A stretch of 16,861 bases of DNA from Verrucomicrobiota bacterium (GTDB lineage: Bacteria; Verrucomicrobiota; Verrucomicrobiia; Limisphaerales; SXQI01): contig JANRLX010000116.1 of NCBI GenBank assembly GCA_033762115.1, forward strand, positions 1 to 16,861. Direction: 5' to 3'. Shown here one piece after another: positions 7,314 through 14,921 of this stretch. The position numbers and the translations under genes were made by a program. Within the stretch, counting starts at the first letter, position 1, and every line of letters begins with the position of its first letter. A model generated the notes under the pieces. The model searched no databases. It saw nothing but the letters and a program-made list of their open reading frames with translations, and had not been told where the DNA came from.

Positions 7314-8978
7314 ATGAGCAGCGGTGTCAAAAAGCTACTGATCATCTGCGGTGTGCTGCTTCTCATGGCGGTGGGAGGATGGTTTGGTCGAAAGAGTTAT
7401 TTGAAAGTGGCCGAGCGGAGGAGCCTGGAGGAGGCGCGTCGTTATTTTGCAAAGAACGATTTTCGGCAAGCCGGGCTTTGCCTGCAACGGGTGTTGCAGT
7501 TGAATCCTGTAAACATAGAGGCGTGCCGGTTAACAGCGGAGATGCTGGACAAGGTGGATTCAGCAGCGGCGATTCAATGGCGGGTAAGAACGGCGAAACT
7601 GGAAACCAACAATCCCGCGCATTTGTTTGAGCTGGCGCAGACAGCCCTCAAGCATCGGGACCATCGAACGGCAGCGGCAGCATTGAACAGCTTGACCGGG
7701 GATGCGCGGGGGAGCGGGAAGTATCATGAACTGGCCGGGGCCCTGGCGTGGAGTTTGAACGATCCGCTGAAAGCGGAGAAGGAATTTGAAACAGCGTTGC
7801 GGCTTTCTCCAACCAATGAACTGGTGCGTTTGAACCTGGCCCGGACGCGGCTTTCCTCGACAAATCCATCGGTTTCCGCGAACGCGCGGGAAATGTTGTT
7901 GAGTGTTCCGTCCGGTTCTCCATTGCGTGTGTTCTCGCTGCGTTCCCTGGTGAGCGATGCCATGGGGGCGAATAATTTAAAAGCGGCAACGGCGTATTCA
8001 AGGGAGCTTGTGGAGTTGAGGGCAGCTTACCCGACAGACCGGATTGCGCATCTGGAGATTTTAAGAAAGGGGAATTCACCGGAGTATGGCAAATGCCGAA
8101 ATGAGTTGATGGTGCGGGCAACGAACTCCCCGAATGAAGCGTTCCTGCTTGGGCGTTGGATGATCGGAGCGGAAGGTCCCAAAGCCACTGTGGATTGGCT
8201 GCATCAATTACCAGCGGAAATCCAGACGAACCAGCCAGTGACGCTCCTGATTGTGGACTGTTATATTGCGCTGAAAGAGTGGGAACGGTTGATTGAGTTT
8301 TCACGAGGGCAGAGATGGGAGGGAGAAGGGTATTACGGGATGGCTTTGGAAGCGCTGGCGTACCGGCGGCTGGAGAAAAACCAGAACGGGTCGGCCTCCT
8401 GGCAGAAGGCGTTGCGCCTGGCAGGGGGGGGCCTGGAACGATTGAAAAAGCTGGCGCAGCTCGCGACAGCCTGGGGGTTGCAGGGGGAAGCGAATGAAGC
8501 GTTGCAGCAGCTGGCGGTACGTTTTCCAAAGGAGAAATGGGCGGCGGACCAGCTTATTAAAAATTTTTATGCGGAGGGGAATACCAGTGCCATCCGGAAC
8601 CTGCTGGCGCGATTGAGTTCGGCTGATCCGGAGGATATCCGTTGTAAAAACAATCTTGCCTCGATCCTGCTGCTGCAAAAAATGGAATTGACGAAAGCGC
8701 ATCAACTGGCAGAGGAAGCGTACAGGAGTTCACCGGGCAATGCCTTTTTTGTTTCGACTTATGCCTATTCGTTGTCATTGCAGGGAAAAAATGTGGAAGC
8801 TGCGGCATTGATGGAGGGGCTGTCCGCGCAGGACCTGGAAAGCCCCTCGATCGCGCTTTATTACGGGTTGGTGCAATTGCAGGCGGGGAACAAATCCGCT
8901 GCAAAACAGGCGCTGGGACGGGCAATGACAGGGAAGCTGCTGCCGGAAGAAGTGGAGCTTGCCAGGACTGCCTTGTAA
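7314..8978 (+). CDS. Membrane-anchored TPR-repeat protein (PrsT-like), paralog 2
   Basis: 554 aa. N-terminal anchor KKLLIICGVLLLMAVGGWFG. TPR motifs LQRVLQLNPVNIEA, FETALRLSPTN, AEEAYRSSPGN..TYAYSL. Shares FPKE.WA, FYA.G.T.AI and LPEE motifs with paralog 1. Confidence 0.85.
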   Translation: MSSGVKKLLIICGVLLLMAVGGWFGRKSYLKVAERRSLEEARRYFAKNDFRQAGLCLQRVLQLNPVNIEACRLTAEMLDKVDSAAAIQWRVRTAKLETNNPAHLFELAQTALKHRDHRTAAAALNSLTGDARGSGKYHELAGALAWSLNDPLKAEKEFETALRLSPTNELVRLNLARTRLSSTNPSVSANAREMLLSVPSGSPLRVFSLRSLVSDAMGANNLKAATAYSRELVELRAAYPTDRIAHLEILRKGNSPEYGKCRNELMVRATNSPNEAFLLGRWMIGAEGPKATVDWLHQLPAEIQTNQPVTLLIVDCYIALKEWERLIEFSRGQRWEGEGYYGMALEALAYRRLEKNQNGSASWQKALRLAGGGLERLKKLAQLATAWGLQGEANEALQQLAVRFPKEKWAADQLIKNFYAEGNTSAIRNLLARLSSADPEDIRCKNNLASILLLQKMELTKAHQLAEEAYRSSPGNAFFVSTYAYSLSLQGKNVEAAALMEGLSAQDLESPSIALYYGLVQLQAGNKSAAKQALGRAMTGKLLPEEVELARTAL

Positions 8979-9016
8979 AAGATTTTTCAGGTTAACCCGT
9001 TCTCCTTTCAGTCTTT

Positions 9017-9044
9017 TTGACGGTGAATCCGGATTTCTTAATAT
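9017..9044 (+). promoter_or_regulatory. Candidate sigma70-type promoter for the PEP-CTERM/HYR unit
   Basis: TTGACG (9017-9022), 16-nt spacer, TAATAT (9039-9044), in an AT-rich intergenic region. The spacer contains the perfect palindrome AATCCGGATT (9026-9035). Pattern match only. Confidence 0.3.
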
Positions 9045-9322
9045 TTCAATTTGGAACGTTTGTGTTACGGCTGATTTTCCAAGGGTGAAAAGGGTTTCCT
9101 GAACATCGAAAAATCCGGGCATATTGTGGGGTTTTTTGAAGAAAATGGGGATGTCATGTTCGCCCAAAAAAAGGCATGGAACGTCCGCAAAGTGGAAGCA
9201 ATAACCTCTTGCCATCGGTAATGTTTGGAGCGTGCGCAGGGCTGGATTCAATTAAATTGCGCGAAAAATTTTTATAACCAGGCGTCCGGATAAGCCGTAC
9301 GCAGAACATGTCAGGAACCATT

Positions 9323-10018
9323 ATGAAGCAGTCACAATTTTGGGGGATGGCCGCGGTTTTCTCAATGGCATTGGGGTACCAGGCTGAAGCGGCATTATTG
9401 AATCTCACCCCGGACCCGAATGCTCCGGATATCACGGTGGCCTACTTCAACGTCGATTACTCAGCCAACACCCGGGTTTTTCAGGCTTACACAGATGTGG
9501 ATTTTGCAGCTGTGTTTTATTCCTATCCGGGGAGCCCTTTTGATCAATTAGGCACTGTTGGAACGTTCCAATTGAGCGCGACGCTTGATCAAAGTTACAA
9601 TCTTTCATCGGGTACCGTTCAAATCCTTGGTGATCTGGGGAATGGTTCGGAGTTGTTGTTGAGCGGGAGTCTGGTTCCTGGCGCAGGGGGATCTGCCTTC
9701 GGGTTTCAGGGGCCTGGTCCAAGCGGCCCGGGAAGCCATGATCTGTTTGAGTTTACCTTCAATGTGACGGGCGGGGCGTTCAGTTCTGATTTTCTGACTT
9801 TTGGGAATATCGGGGGGATTATTCTGGATGCGAATTTCTCGGGCGGTGACGTTCCGTTTACGGGTTCCTGGTCGAGCAGCTTTTTCAGCGAAGGAGGGAA
9901 CGGGGTTGGAGATGCCTTCGTGCCGGAACCTTCCACTTACGGGATTTATGCGGGGCTGATCGCAGCGTTTGCGTTGATTGTTCGCGCCCGGAGAACAGAA
10001 GTGCTTTCGGTTGGATAA
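9323..10018 (+). CDS. PEP-CTERM sorting-domain protein (exosortase substrate)
   Basis: Signal peptide MKQSQFWGMAAVFSMALGYQAEA. ATG 9323 is preceded by AGGAA; ATG 9308 is an alternative. The mature domain is Gly/Ser/Phe-rich and lacks Lys. The C-terminus has VPEPST, a hydrophobic helix (YGIYAGLIAAFALIV) and basic RARR. Confidence 0.93.
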   Translation: MKQSQFWGMAAVFSMALGYQAEAALLNLTPDPNAPDITVAYFNVDYSANTRVFQAYTDVDFAAVFYSYPGSPFDQLGTVGTFQLSATLDQSYNLSSGTVQILGDLGNGSELLLSGSLVPGAGGSAFGFQGPGPSGPGSHDLFEFTFNVTGGAFSSDFLTFGNIGGIILDANFSGGDVPFTGSWSSSFFSEGGNGVGDAFVPEPSTYGIYAGLIAAFALIVRARRTEVLSVG

Positions 10019-10062
10019 CCGATGTCCCCATTGACCTGATCGCAATAACTCCTCTACTACCC

Positions 10063-12669
10063 ATGAAAAAAAGCTTAATCAACCTGCTGGGGGTGGCCAT
10101 GGCGGCCATTCTGCCTGTAAGCGCCCAGGCGGCCCTTATAGGCGTGGTCCCAGGGTTCCCTAAATTAAATTACACGAGCACAAGCGGCACAGCAGTCAAC
10201 TATGACTCTGTGAGCGATTTGATGGTTGTCACAGCTCCACCTGCAACGATGCAGTTTTCGAGCAGCGAAGGGTTGCGCCTGATCTCGGGAACGAGAAGTT
10301 TCACAATGCAGGCGGTGGTGGATGATACTGGCGCGTTGGTGGGTGGAGTGGCGGGGCATGATGTGGTCCTGAATGGCACTGTCAGCCGGTTGCAGAGCGG
10401 TGTGACCACTACTTATACCGGTGTTCTTTTGACCGGTGAAGTGATTGCGTTTGGCTGGCTTGAATCCGGGGTCACTGATCAGTATGACTTCCGTTTCCAG
10501 GTCACGGGCGGGGAATTGGCCCCGTTGTTTGCCGGTGCAGTCCTTTCCGTGACGGTCACAAGCGAAAGTTCAACATTCACCGGATCGTTTGAATCAAATT
10601 TCACTGGCCGCGCAAAGGGTGTGGCCGGGGCGGAAGTTGCTGACAGCACTGCTCCGACAATCACCTGCCCTCCAAACCTGGTGGTGGAGACTCACACCAG
10701 TGTGAACGGGGTGGCAGGCGCATACGTGACCTATGCGACTCCTTCAGTCACAGATGACACGGACCTGAATCCGACAATCGTCTGCACACCGCCTCCTGGA
10801 AGCTTTTTCCCTCTGGAAGCTGGTTTAGGCAGCACGAACCACACAGTGACCTGCGTGGCGACGGATGCAGCAGGAAACAGTGCGACTTGCACCTTTATCA
10901 TCACTGTGCAGGACACTCTGCCACCGGAGTTTGCTGATGTGGGCAACCCTGTGATCGACGGATGCGATGAAGCGATCATCCTGACCAACGACGTTGGTCA
11001 ATGTGTTGCGACTTTCGAGTTTCCACGCCCATTTGCGACGGACGGAAGCGCGAGCGAACTGATTCCTGTGGAGGTCAGCGCACTTGATGAAAACGGAATC
11101 ACAATCCCGCTGATCGACCTTGGCAACAACCTGTTGCGAGGAATATTCCCTGTGAACATCACAGGCAGCAATGTGGTCACCCTGACTGCCAATGACGGAC
11201 GTGGAAACAGCGCGCAACGGCAATGTTTCATCGTAGTGGTGGACAAGGAAGCCCCAATGATCGCATGTGTTGATCAGACAGCGACATTCAAGCCTGTGTT
11301 CACGAATGCGCTCTCTTCAATCAGTGCAAGTTTCTCCTGCCACGAAATTTCGTCGAACCACACGATCTGGTTTAACAGTTCGATCCGGACCCCGTCTTCC
11401 CCGCACGGCAATTTCTCGGTTCGGTTTTATGATCAGACTATTGAAATTCAGGTGGGGGATTCCAATATCACCACATCGGTTCCTGATGCGATTGTGCATT
11501 TCGTGAACAATCTGCCTGTGGCGACCACGACGTTTTCAAATGGTGAATGGGTGACAACCGCGCGCCCGAAAGCATCAGAGAACACCTTCCTTTCCGGTGT
11601 GGCTTTTGATGTTCCATTCGATTTCGAAGGATGCCGCGACAAAAAGCGTTGCTCATTGAATAAATGCGACAGCCGCGGCCGTCGCCACAAATGCATTGAT
11701 GTGACCTGGTCCGGGCGGTTCCAGGTGGACGATGCGCGGACAGTTGTGAAATGGCAATGGGGAGCAGCGGTTTACACGAACTTCTCGACGGATTATAATG
11801 CGCTGGGGGTCAAGCCGGTGGATTCATTTACCGGGAGTGTTTATCAGGACAAATACCTGGCTGGCACACCGGAAAACTTCAAGAATTATGTCATCGTTGG
11901 CGCACGTGGCGAAGGACGTAACACTCATGGCAACTCACGCTGGGATAAGTACACAGGTGAGCTGACCCATCGCCGCAAGGCAAACCTGGGAATGGGTACT
12001 GTCTGTTTTGGAGCGGTGGATTTCACAGCGCCGGTTGCTGCGGACAATTGTTCCGGCTCAGTGACTGTCACTTTGAACCCTCCTTCCGGAAGCATCTTCG
12101 GGCCGGGTGACCACACGATTGTGGCGACGGCAGTGGATGGCAACGGCAATACAAACGAGTGCAGCTTCACGCTGACTGTGTTGTCACCGCTGCAGGTGGT
12201 GTTCGATTGTCCGTTGGATGATAATCTGAATGACAATACCTGCCAGCCTGATGCCGGGTTCTCAGACATGAATTGTCCTGATGATCCAGGCACACCGCAG
12301 ATTGTGAACCGGTTCAGTGTGTGTGACACCGTGCTGCATTCGGTGCGTTTGCTGGATTGCAATGGCGAAGATGTGACCAGTGAAATGGCACCCTATGTGA
12401 CAGTGCGAATTGATGTGACCTACCGGATCGGAAGTTATCCTCAATCGTTCCTTCTCTCGGATGTGCCGCAGAATTATTCCTACATCGGCAGTCCCGGTGG
12501 TGTGATGGTGCCAATCAATAGCCGCTTCAAATACAACCTGAACACAGCCGGGTTCCCCGGTGGAAGTTTGTATACGCAGAAGTTCTTTCGCTCCTGCGTC
12601 TGGGTTGAGTATAACTCATCTCCTGGCGTTGTGGTGGGAATGGAAGATGTGATTCTGGAAAGCCGATAA
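10063..12669 (+). CDS. Secreted HYR-domain protein with an N-terminal domain homologous to the adjacent PEP-CTERM protein
   Basis: Signal peptide MKKSLINLLGVAMAAILPVSAQA. HYR motifs DSTAPTITCPPN...VTCVATDAAGNSATCTFIITVQD and FGPGDHTIVATAVDGNGNTNECSFTLTV. Cys-rich, with no C-terminal TM or PEP motif. Confidence 0.88.
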   Translation: MKKSLINLLGVAMAAILPVSAQAALIGVVPGFPKLNYTSTSGTAVNYDSVSDLMVVTAPPATMQFSSSEGLRLISGTRSFTMQAVVDDTGALVGGVAGHDVVLNGTVSRLQSGVTTTYTGVLLTGEVIAFGWLESGVTDQYDFRFQVTGGELAPLFAGAVLSVTVTSESSTFTGSFESNFTGRAKGVAGAEVADSTAPTITCPPNLVVETHTSVNGVAGAYVTYATPSVTDDTDLNPTIVCTPPPGSFFPLEAGLGSTNHTVTCVATDAAGNSATCTFIITVQDTLPPEFADVGNPVIDGCDEAIILTNDVGQCVATFEFPRPFATDGSASELIPVEVSALDENGITIPLIDLGNNLLRGIFPVNITGSNVVTLTANDGRGNSAQRQCFIVVVDKEAPMIACVDQTATFKPVFTNALSSISASFSCHEISSNHTIWFNSSIRTPSSPHGNFSVRFYDQTIEIQVGDSNITTSVPDAIVHFVNNLPVATTTFSNGEWVTTARPKASENTFLSGVAFDVPFDFEGCRDKKRCSLNKCDSRGRRHKCIDVTWSGRFQVDDARTVVKWQWGAAVYTNFSTDYNALGVKPVDSFTGSVYQDKYLAGTPENFKNYVIVGARGEGRNTHGNSRWDKYTGELTHRRKANLGMGTVCFGAVDFTAPVAADNCSGSVTVTLNPPSGSIFGPGDHTIVATAVDGNGNTNECSFTLTVLSPLQVVFDCPLDDNLNDNTCQPDAGFSDMNCPDDPGTPQIVNRFSVCDTVLHSVRLLDCNGEDVTSEMAPYVTVRIDVTYRIGSYPQSFLLSDVPQNYSYIGSPGGVMVPINSRFKYNLNTAGFPGGSLYTQKFFRSCVWVEYNSSPGVVVGMEDVILESR

Positions 12670-12694
12670 AAAAATAATAATCGGAATCGATGTG

Positions 12695-12724
12695 ATAAAG
12701 CTGCTCCAGGTGGAGCAGCTTTAT
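12695..12724 (+). terminator. Strong hairpin after the HYR gene (terminator or mRNA-stabilising stem-loop)
   Basis: Perfect 14-bp inverted repeat ATAAAGCTGCTCCA-GG-TGGAGCAGCTTTAT, 25 nt after the stop. The U-tract is short (TTTAT). Confidence 0.7.
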
Positions 12725-12760
12725 GCTCGAAGGGGATGAAAGGTCGTTGAAAAAGTGACG

Positions 12761-13561
12761 ATGAATCCAAAAACCCGAACGATGGCGTTGGTCGTGATCG
12801 CCGTTCTCATTGCCGTGAAGCTGGCCTATCTTTTCAAGGATGAAGAGCAAAATGAGACCCGGACAGCTTTGACAAAGCCGAAGGACGCGACCGAAGCTTT
12901 ACCATCCGTGAATCCGGCAGGCCCCCCGCAGGGGGAGGAAAGTGAAGCGGTAATTCGGGTTTTGCCTGGGCAGGTGCTGGCGACAATCAACGGGAAACCT
13001 TTAATTGCAGAAGATGTCTGGCCGTTGGGAAAGACAAACCAGTTGGAATTGAGCAGCGAGGTTTACCATTTTTTCCTGGAGCGGGCGATCAATCGTGAGT
13101 TGATTTTTCAAACGGCAAAGCAGCAGGGAATTGAGCTGAGCGAAGCGCACAAGCAACGCCTGGCTCAAATCCGGATGCAGAAGGAGGAGCGGGAGCCGGG
13201 GGTGATTGAAAAGCTGAATCGAAGCGATGCGGCAAGCGAGCTGGAGTTGCGCGATTCGGAAGCGTTCATGCTGCAAACGGAAATGATGGCAGCGCGTGGG
13301 GAGAGTCCCAACGTGAGCGAGCGAGAGGTGATCGATTTTTATGCTCAGCATCAGGAGGATTACGCAGAATTGCCGCAGGATGAAGAGGAGCGGGCAAGGC
13401 TTTGGAGTTCGATCTCCTTTTCGATCCGCCAACGGCTGGCCAATTCAAAGCGAACTGAATTCAACCGGAGCCTGGATAATTTCATGACGGAGCTCAAATC
13501 GAGCGCCCAGGTGGCGGTGATGGAAGCGCCTGAATCGCCGAGATCCTCACCTTCCCGCTGA
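12761..13561 (+). CDS. Membrane-anchored SurA N-terminal-domain-like periplasmic chaperone (EpsD/PrsA-like, no parvulin domain)
   Basis: N-terminal hydrophobic anchor. SurA/PrsA-like motifs VLATINGKPLIAEDV, LERAINRELIFQTAKQQGIELS, VSEREVIDFY, and C-terminal helix FMTELKSSAQV. Start is ATG 12761 or GTG 12755. Confidence 0.7.
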   Translation: MNPKTRTMALVVIAVLIAVKLAYLFKDEEQNETRTALTKPKDATEALPSVNPAGPPQGEESEAVIRVLPGQVLATINGKPLIAEDVWPLGKTNQLELSSEVYHFFLERAINRELIFQTAKQQGIELSEAHKQRLAQIRMQKEEREPGVIEKLNRSDAASELELRDSEAFMLQTEMMAARGESPNVSEREVIDFYAQHQEDYAELPQDEEERARLWSSISFSIRQRLANSKRTEFNRSLDNFMTELKSSAQVAVMEAPESPRSSPSR

Positions 13562-13760
13562 AATCTCGAGTTTTTCAAATCTTCACCTGACCGCCACTGG
13601 TTTGTAATACGCGATTGATTGGCTTGGAAGGAACCAGAAAGCCAAATGCTTCTTCGGTTGATCGCATGAGTAAGTTCGAGTCAGCGCTTATAGGAGCATC
13701 CGCCCGGGTGAAAAGTAGAACCATTGAAGCAGCCAGAGGCCTGGACGACACCCGGAAGTC

Positions 13761-14675
13761 ATGAAAAAGATCAATCGCTCCTACGAACCACACCTGGTGC
13801 TTCGGGAAATCTCACTTCGCCCGGGGGAGGAATGGACCCCGCAATTTTCTGGTTGGACCTTGATCCAGGTCGGAACGGGAACAGCCTATTGGATGCAGCC
13901 GAAACTGAACCAGGAGCTGGTACCGGGGATGGTGTTGCTGATTTCGGCACGGGTTGCGGGGACGATCCGCGCAAGCCAGCTGGATCGTGTATCTTTGTTT
14001 TATTTTCCAGTGCAACCGAGCCGGTTGATCGGCCTTTTCACTTTCAGTGAACATCGCTTTTTTGACCTTGCGGCATCGAAGGAACAGTTTGCGGTGCGCA
14101 TTTTGCCGCCGGATTCGCCGATTGCAGTAAAAGTGATGGGCCTTTGTGCAAACCGGAATTCACAAGGACCGTCGTTTCGCCTGCAGTTGTTGCAGGTGTT
14201 TTTTGAGGTTTTTGGAAATGATTTCAAGGTGGAAGCGGCCCAGCCGAAGACAACGATGGAAGCCAAGGAGCGGCTGCGGGAATTTCTGCAACGTACCCCG
14301 ACCTCGGAATTGTTGAACATGACCTGCGCCGAACTGGCGCAGATGATGAGATGCACCCCGCGGCATTTAAGCCGGATATTTTATGAAGTGGTGGGGGTCT
14401 CGTTCCGGGAAAATCACACGGAGTTGCGCCTGGCCCGAGCGCGGGAATTACTGGCGACGACGCAATCCAAAATTGTCGATGTGGCGATGGAGAGTGGATA
14501 CCCATCTTTAAGTCTTTTTAATGCGATGTTCACACGTCGATTCGGGATGAGTCCCGGGCGATGGCGGCAGGAGTTTGGTAAAGGGAACGCGACGCTTTCA
14601 GACCGGCAAACGAACGGGACTTCCCTGCGGCAACGGGGAGGAGTGGAGGTGCCTGTTCCTGCGTTGAACGAGTAA
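13761..14675 (+). CDS. AraC/XylS-family transcriptional regulator
   Basis: C-terminal double HTH: ELAQMMRCTPRHLSRIF...G.SF......LRLARARELL......IVDVAMESGYPSLSLFNAMFTRRFGMSPGRWR. The N-terminal region looks cupin-like. Confidence 0.93.
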   Translation: MKKINRSYEPHLVLREISLRPGEEWTPQFSGWTLIQVGTGTAYWMQPKLNQELVPGMVLLISARVAGTIRASQLDRVSLFYFPVQPSRLIGLFTFSEHRFFDLAASKEQFAVRILPPDSPIAVKVMGLCANRNSQGPSFRLQLLQVFFEVFGNDFKVEAAQPKTTMEAKERLREFLQRTPTSELLNMTCAELAQMMRCTPRHLSRIFYEVVGVSFRENHTELRLARARELLATTQSKIVDVAMESGYPSLSLFNAMFTRRFGMSPGRWRQEFGKGNATLSDRQTNGTSLRQRGGVEVPVPALNE

Positions 14676-14750
14676 GAGAACCCACGGAAGGGCTTCCGGT
14701 GCAAGTTTTCGGACATGTGATGACAAATTAGAGGTTATCTTTTCCCAGAC

Positions 14751-14770
14751 GTCACATTTCCGTCATTCGC
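14751..14770 (+). promoter_or_regulatory. Candidate transcription-factor site, GTCAC-N6-GTCAT (11-bp period), copy 2
   Basis: GTCACATTTCCGTCATTCGC is 16/20 identical to 434-453 and lies about 200 nt upstream of the wzc-like gene. Confidence 0.45.
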
Positions 14771-14909
14771 CCGACACAGATAAAGGCCATCTTTTCGCTC
14801 CTGATTTTTTCAGGGTCTCGCGGGCATTCATGCAGAGCAAGGCGCGGGGCTGCAAAGATTTTAAAAAGCCAGGATCGTTCCCTCTCTCTTTTTTGGGGAA
14901 GCGACCAAT

Positions 14910-14921
14910 GGCGGTAGCATG
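14910..14921 (+). promoter_or_regulatory. ops-like element (RfaH/NusG-paralog recruitment pause site)
   Basis: GGCGGTAGCATG matches the ops consensus GGCGGTAGnnTG at all 10 defined positions. It is on the non-template strand, 46 nt before the proposed GTG of a polysaccharide co-polymerase gene. Confidence 0.55.

Noticed and set aside
7648..8529. 293-aa minus-strand ORF, plus the many other short minus-strand and alternate-frame ORFs in the track
   Set aside because: They overlap well-supported + strand genes, have Pro/Ser/Arg-rich shadow composition, and show no recognisable motifs.
9170..9225. Resemblance to a c-di-GMP-I riboswitch (GGCA...CCGCAAAGTGGAAGCAA)
   Set aside because: It lacks the GNRA-capped P2 stem, the GCAAA...GGACGCAAAGC core and a P3 arm. 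Only a 5-bp hairpin is present.
13619..13645. Inverted repeat TTGGCTT...AAGCCAA in the AraC leader
   Set aside because: It is a single 7-bp dyad with no second copy or U-tract, and is compatible with chance.
14683..14709. Small hairpin CGGAAG-GG-CTTCCG after the AraC stop as a terminator
   Set aside because: The stem is short and the T-run is separated from it, which is too weak to call.
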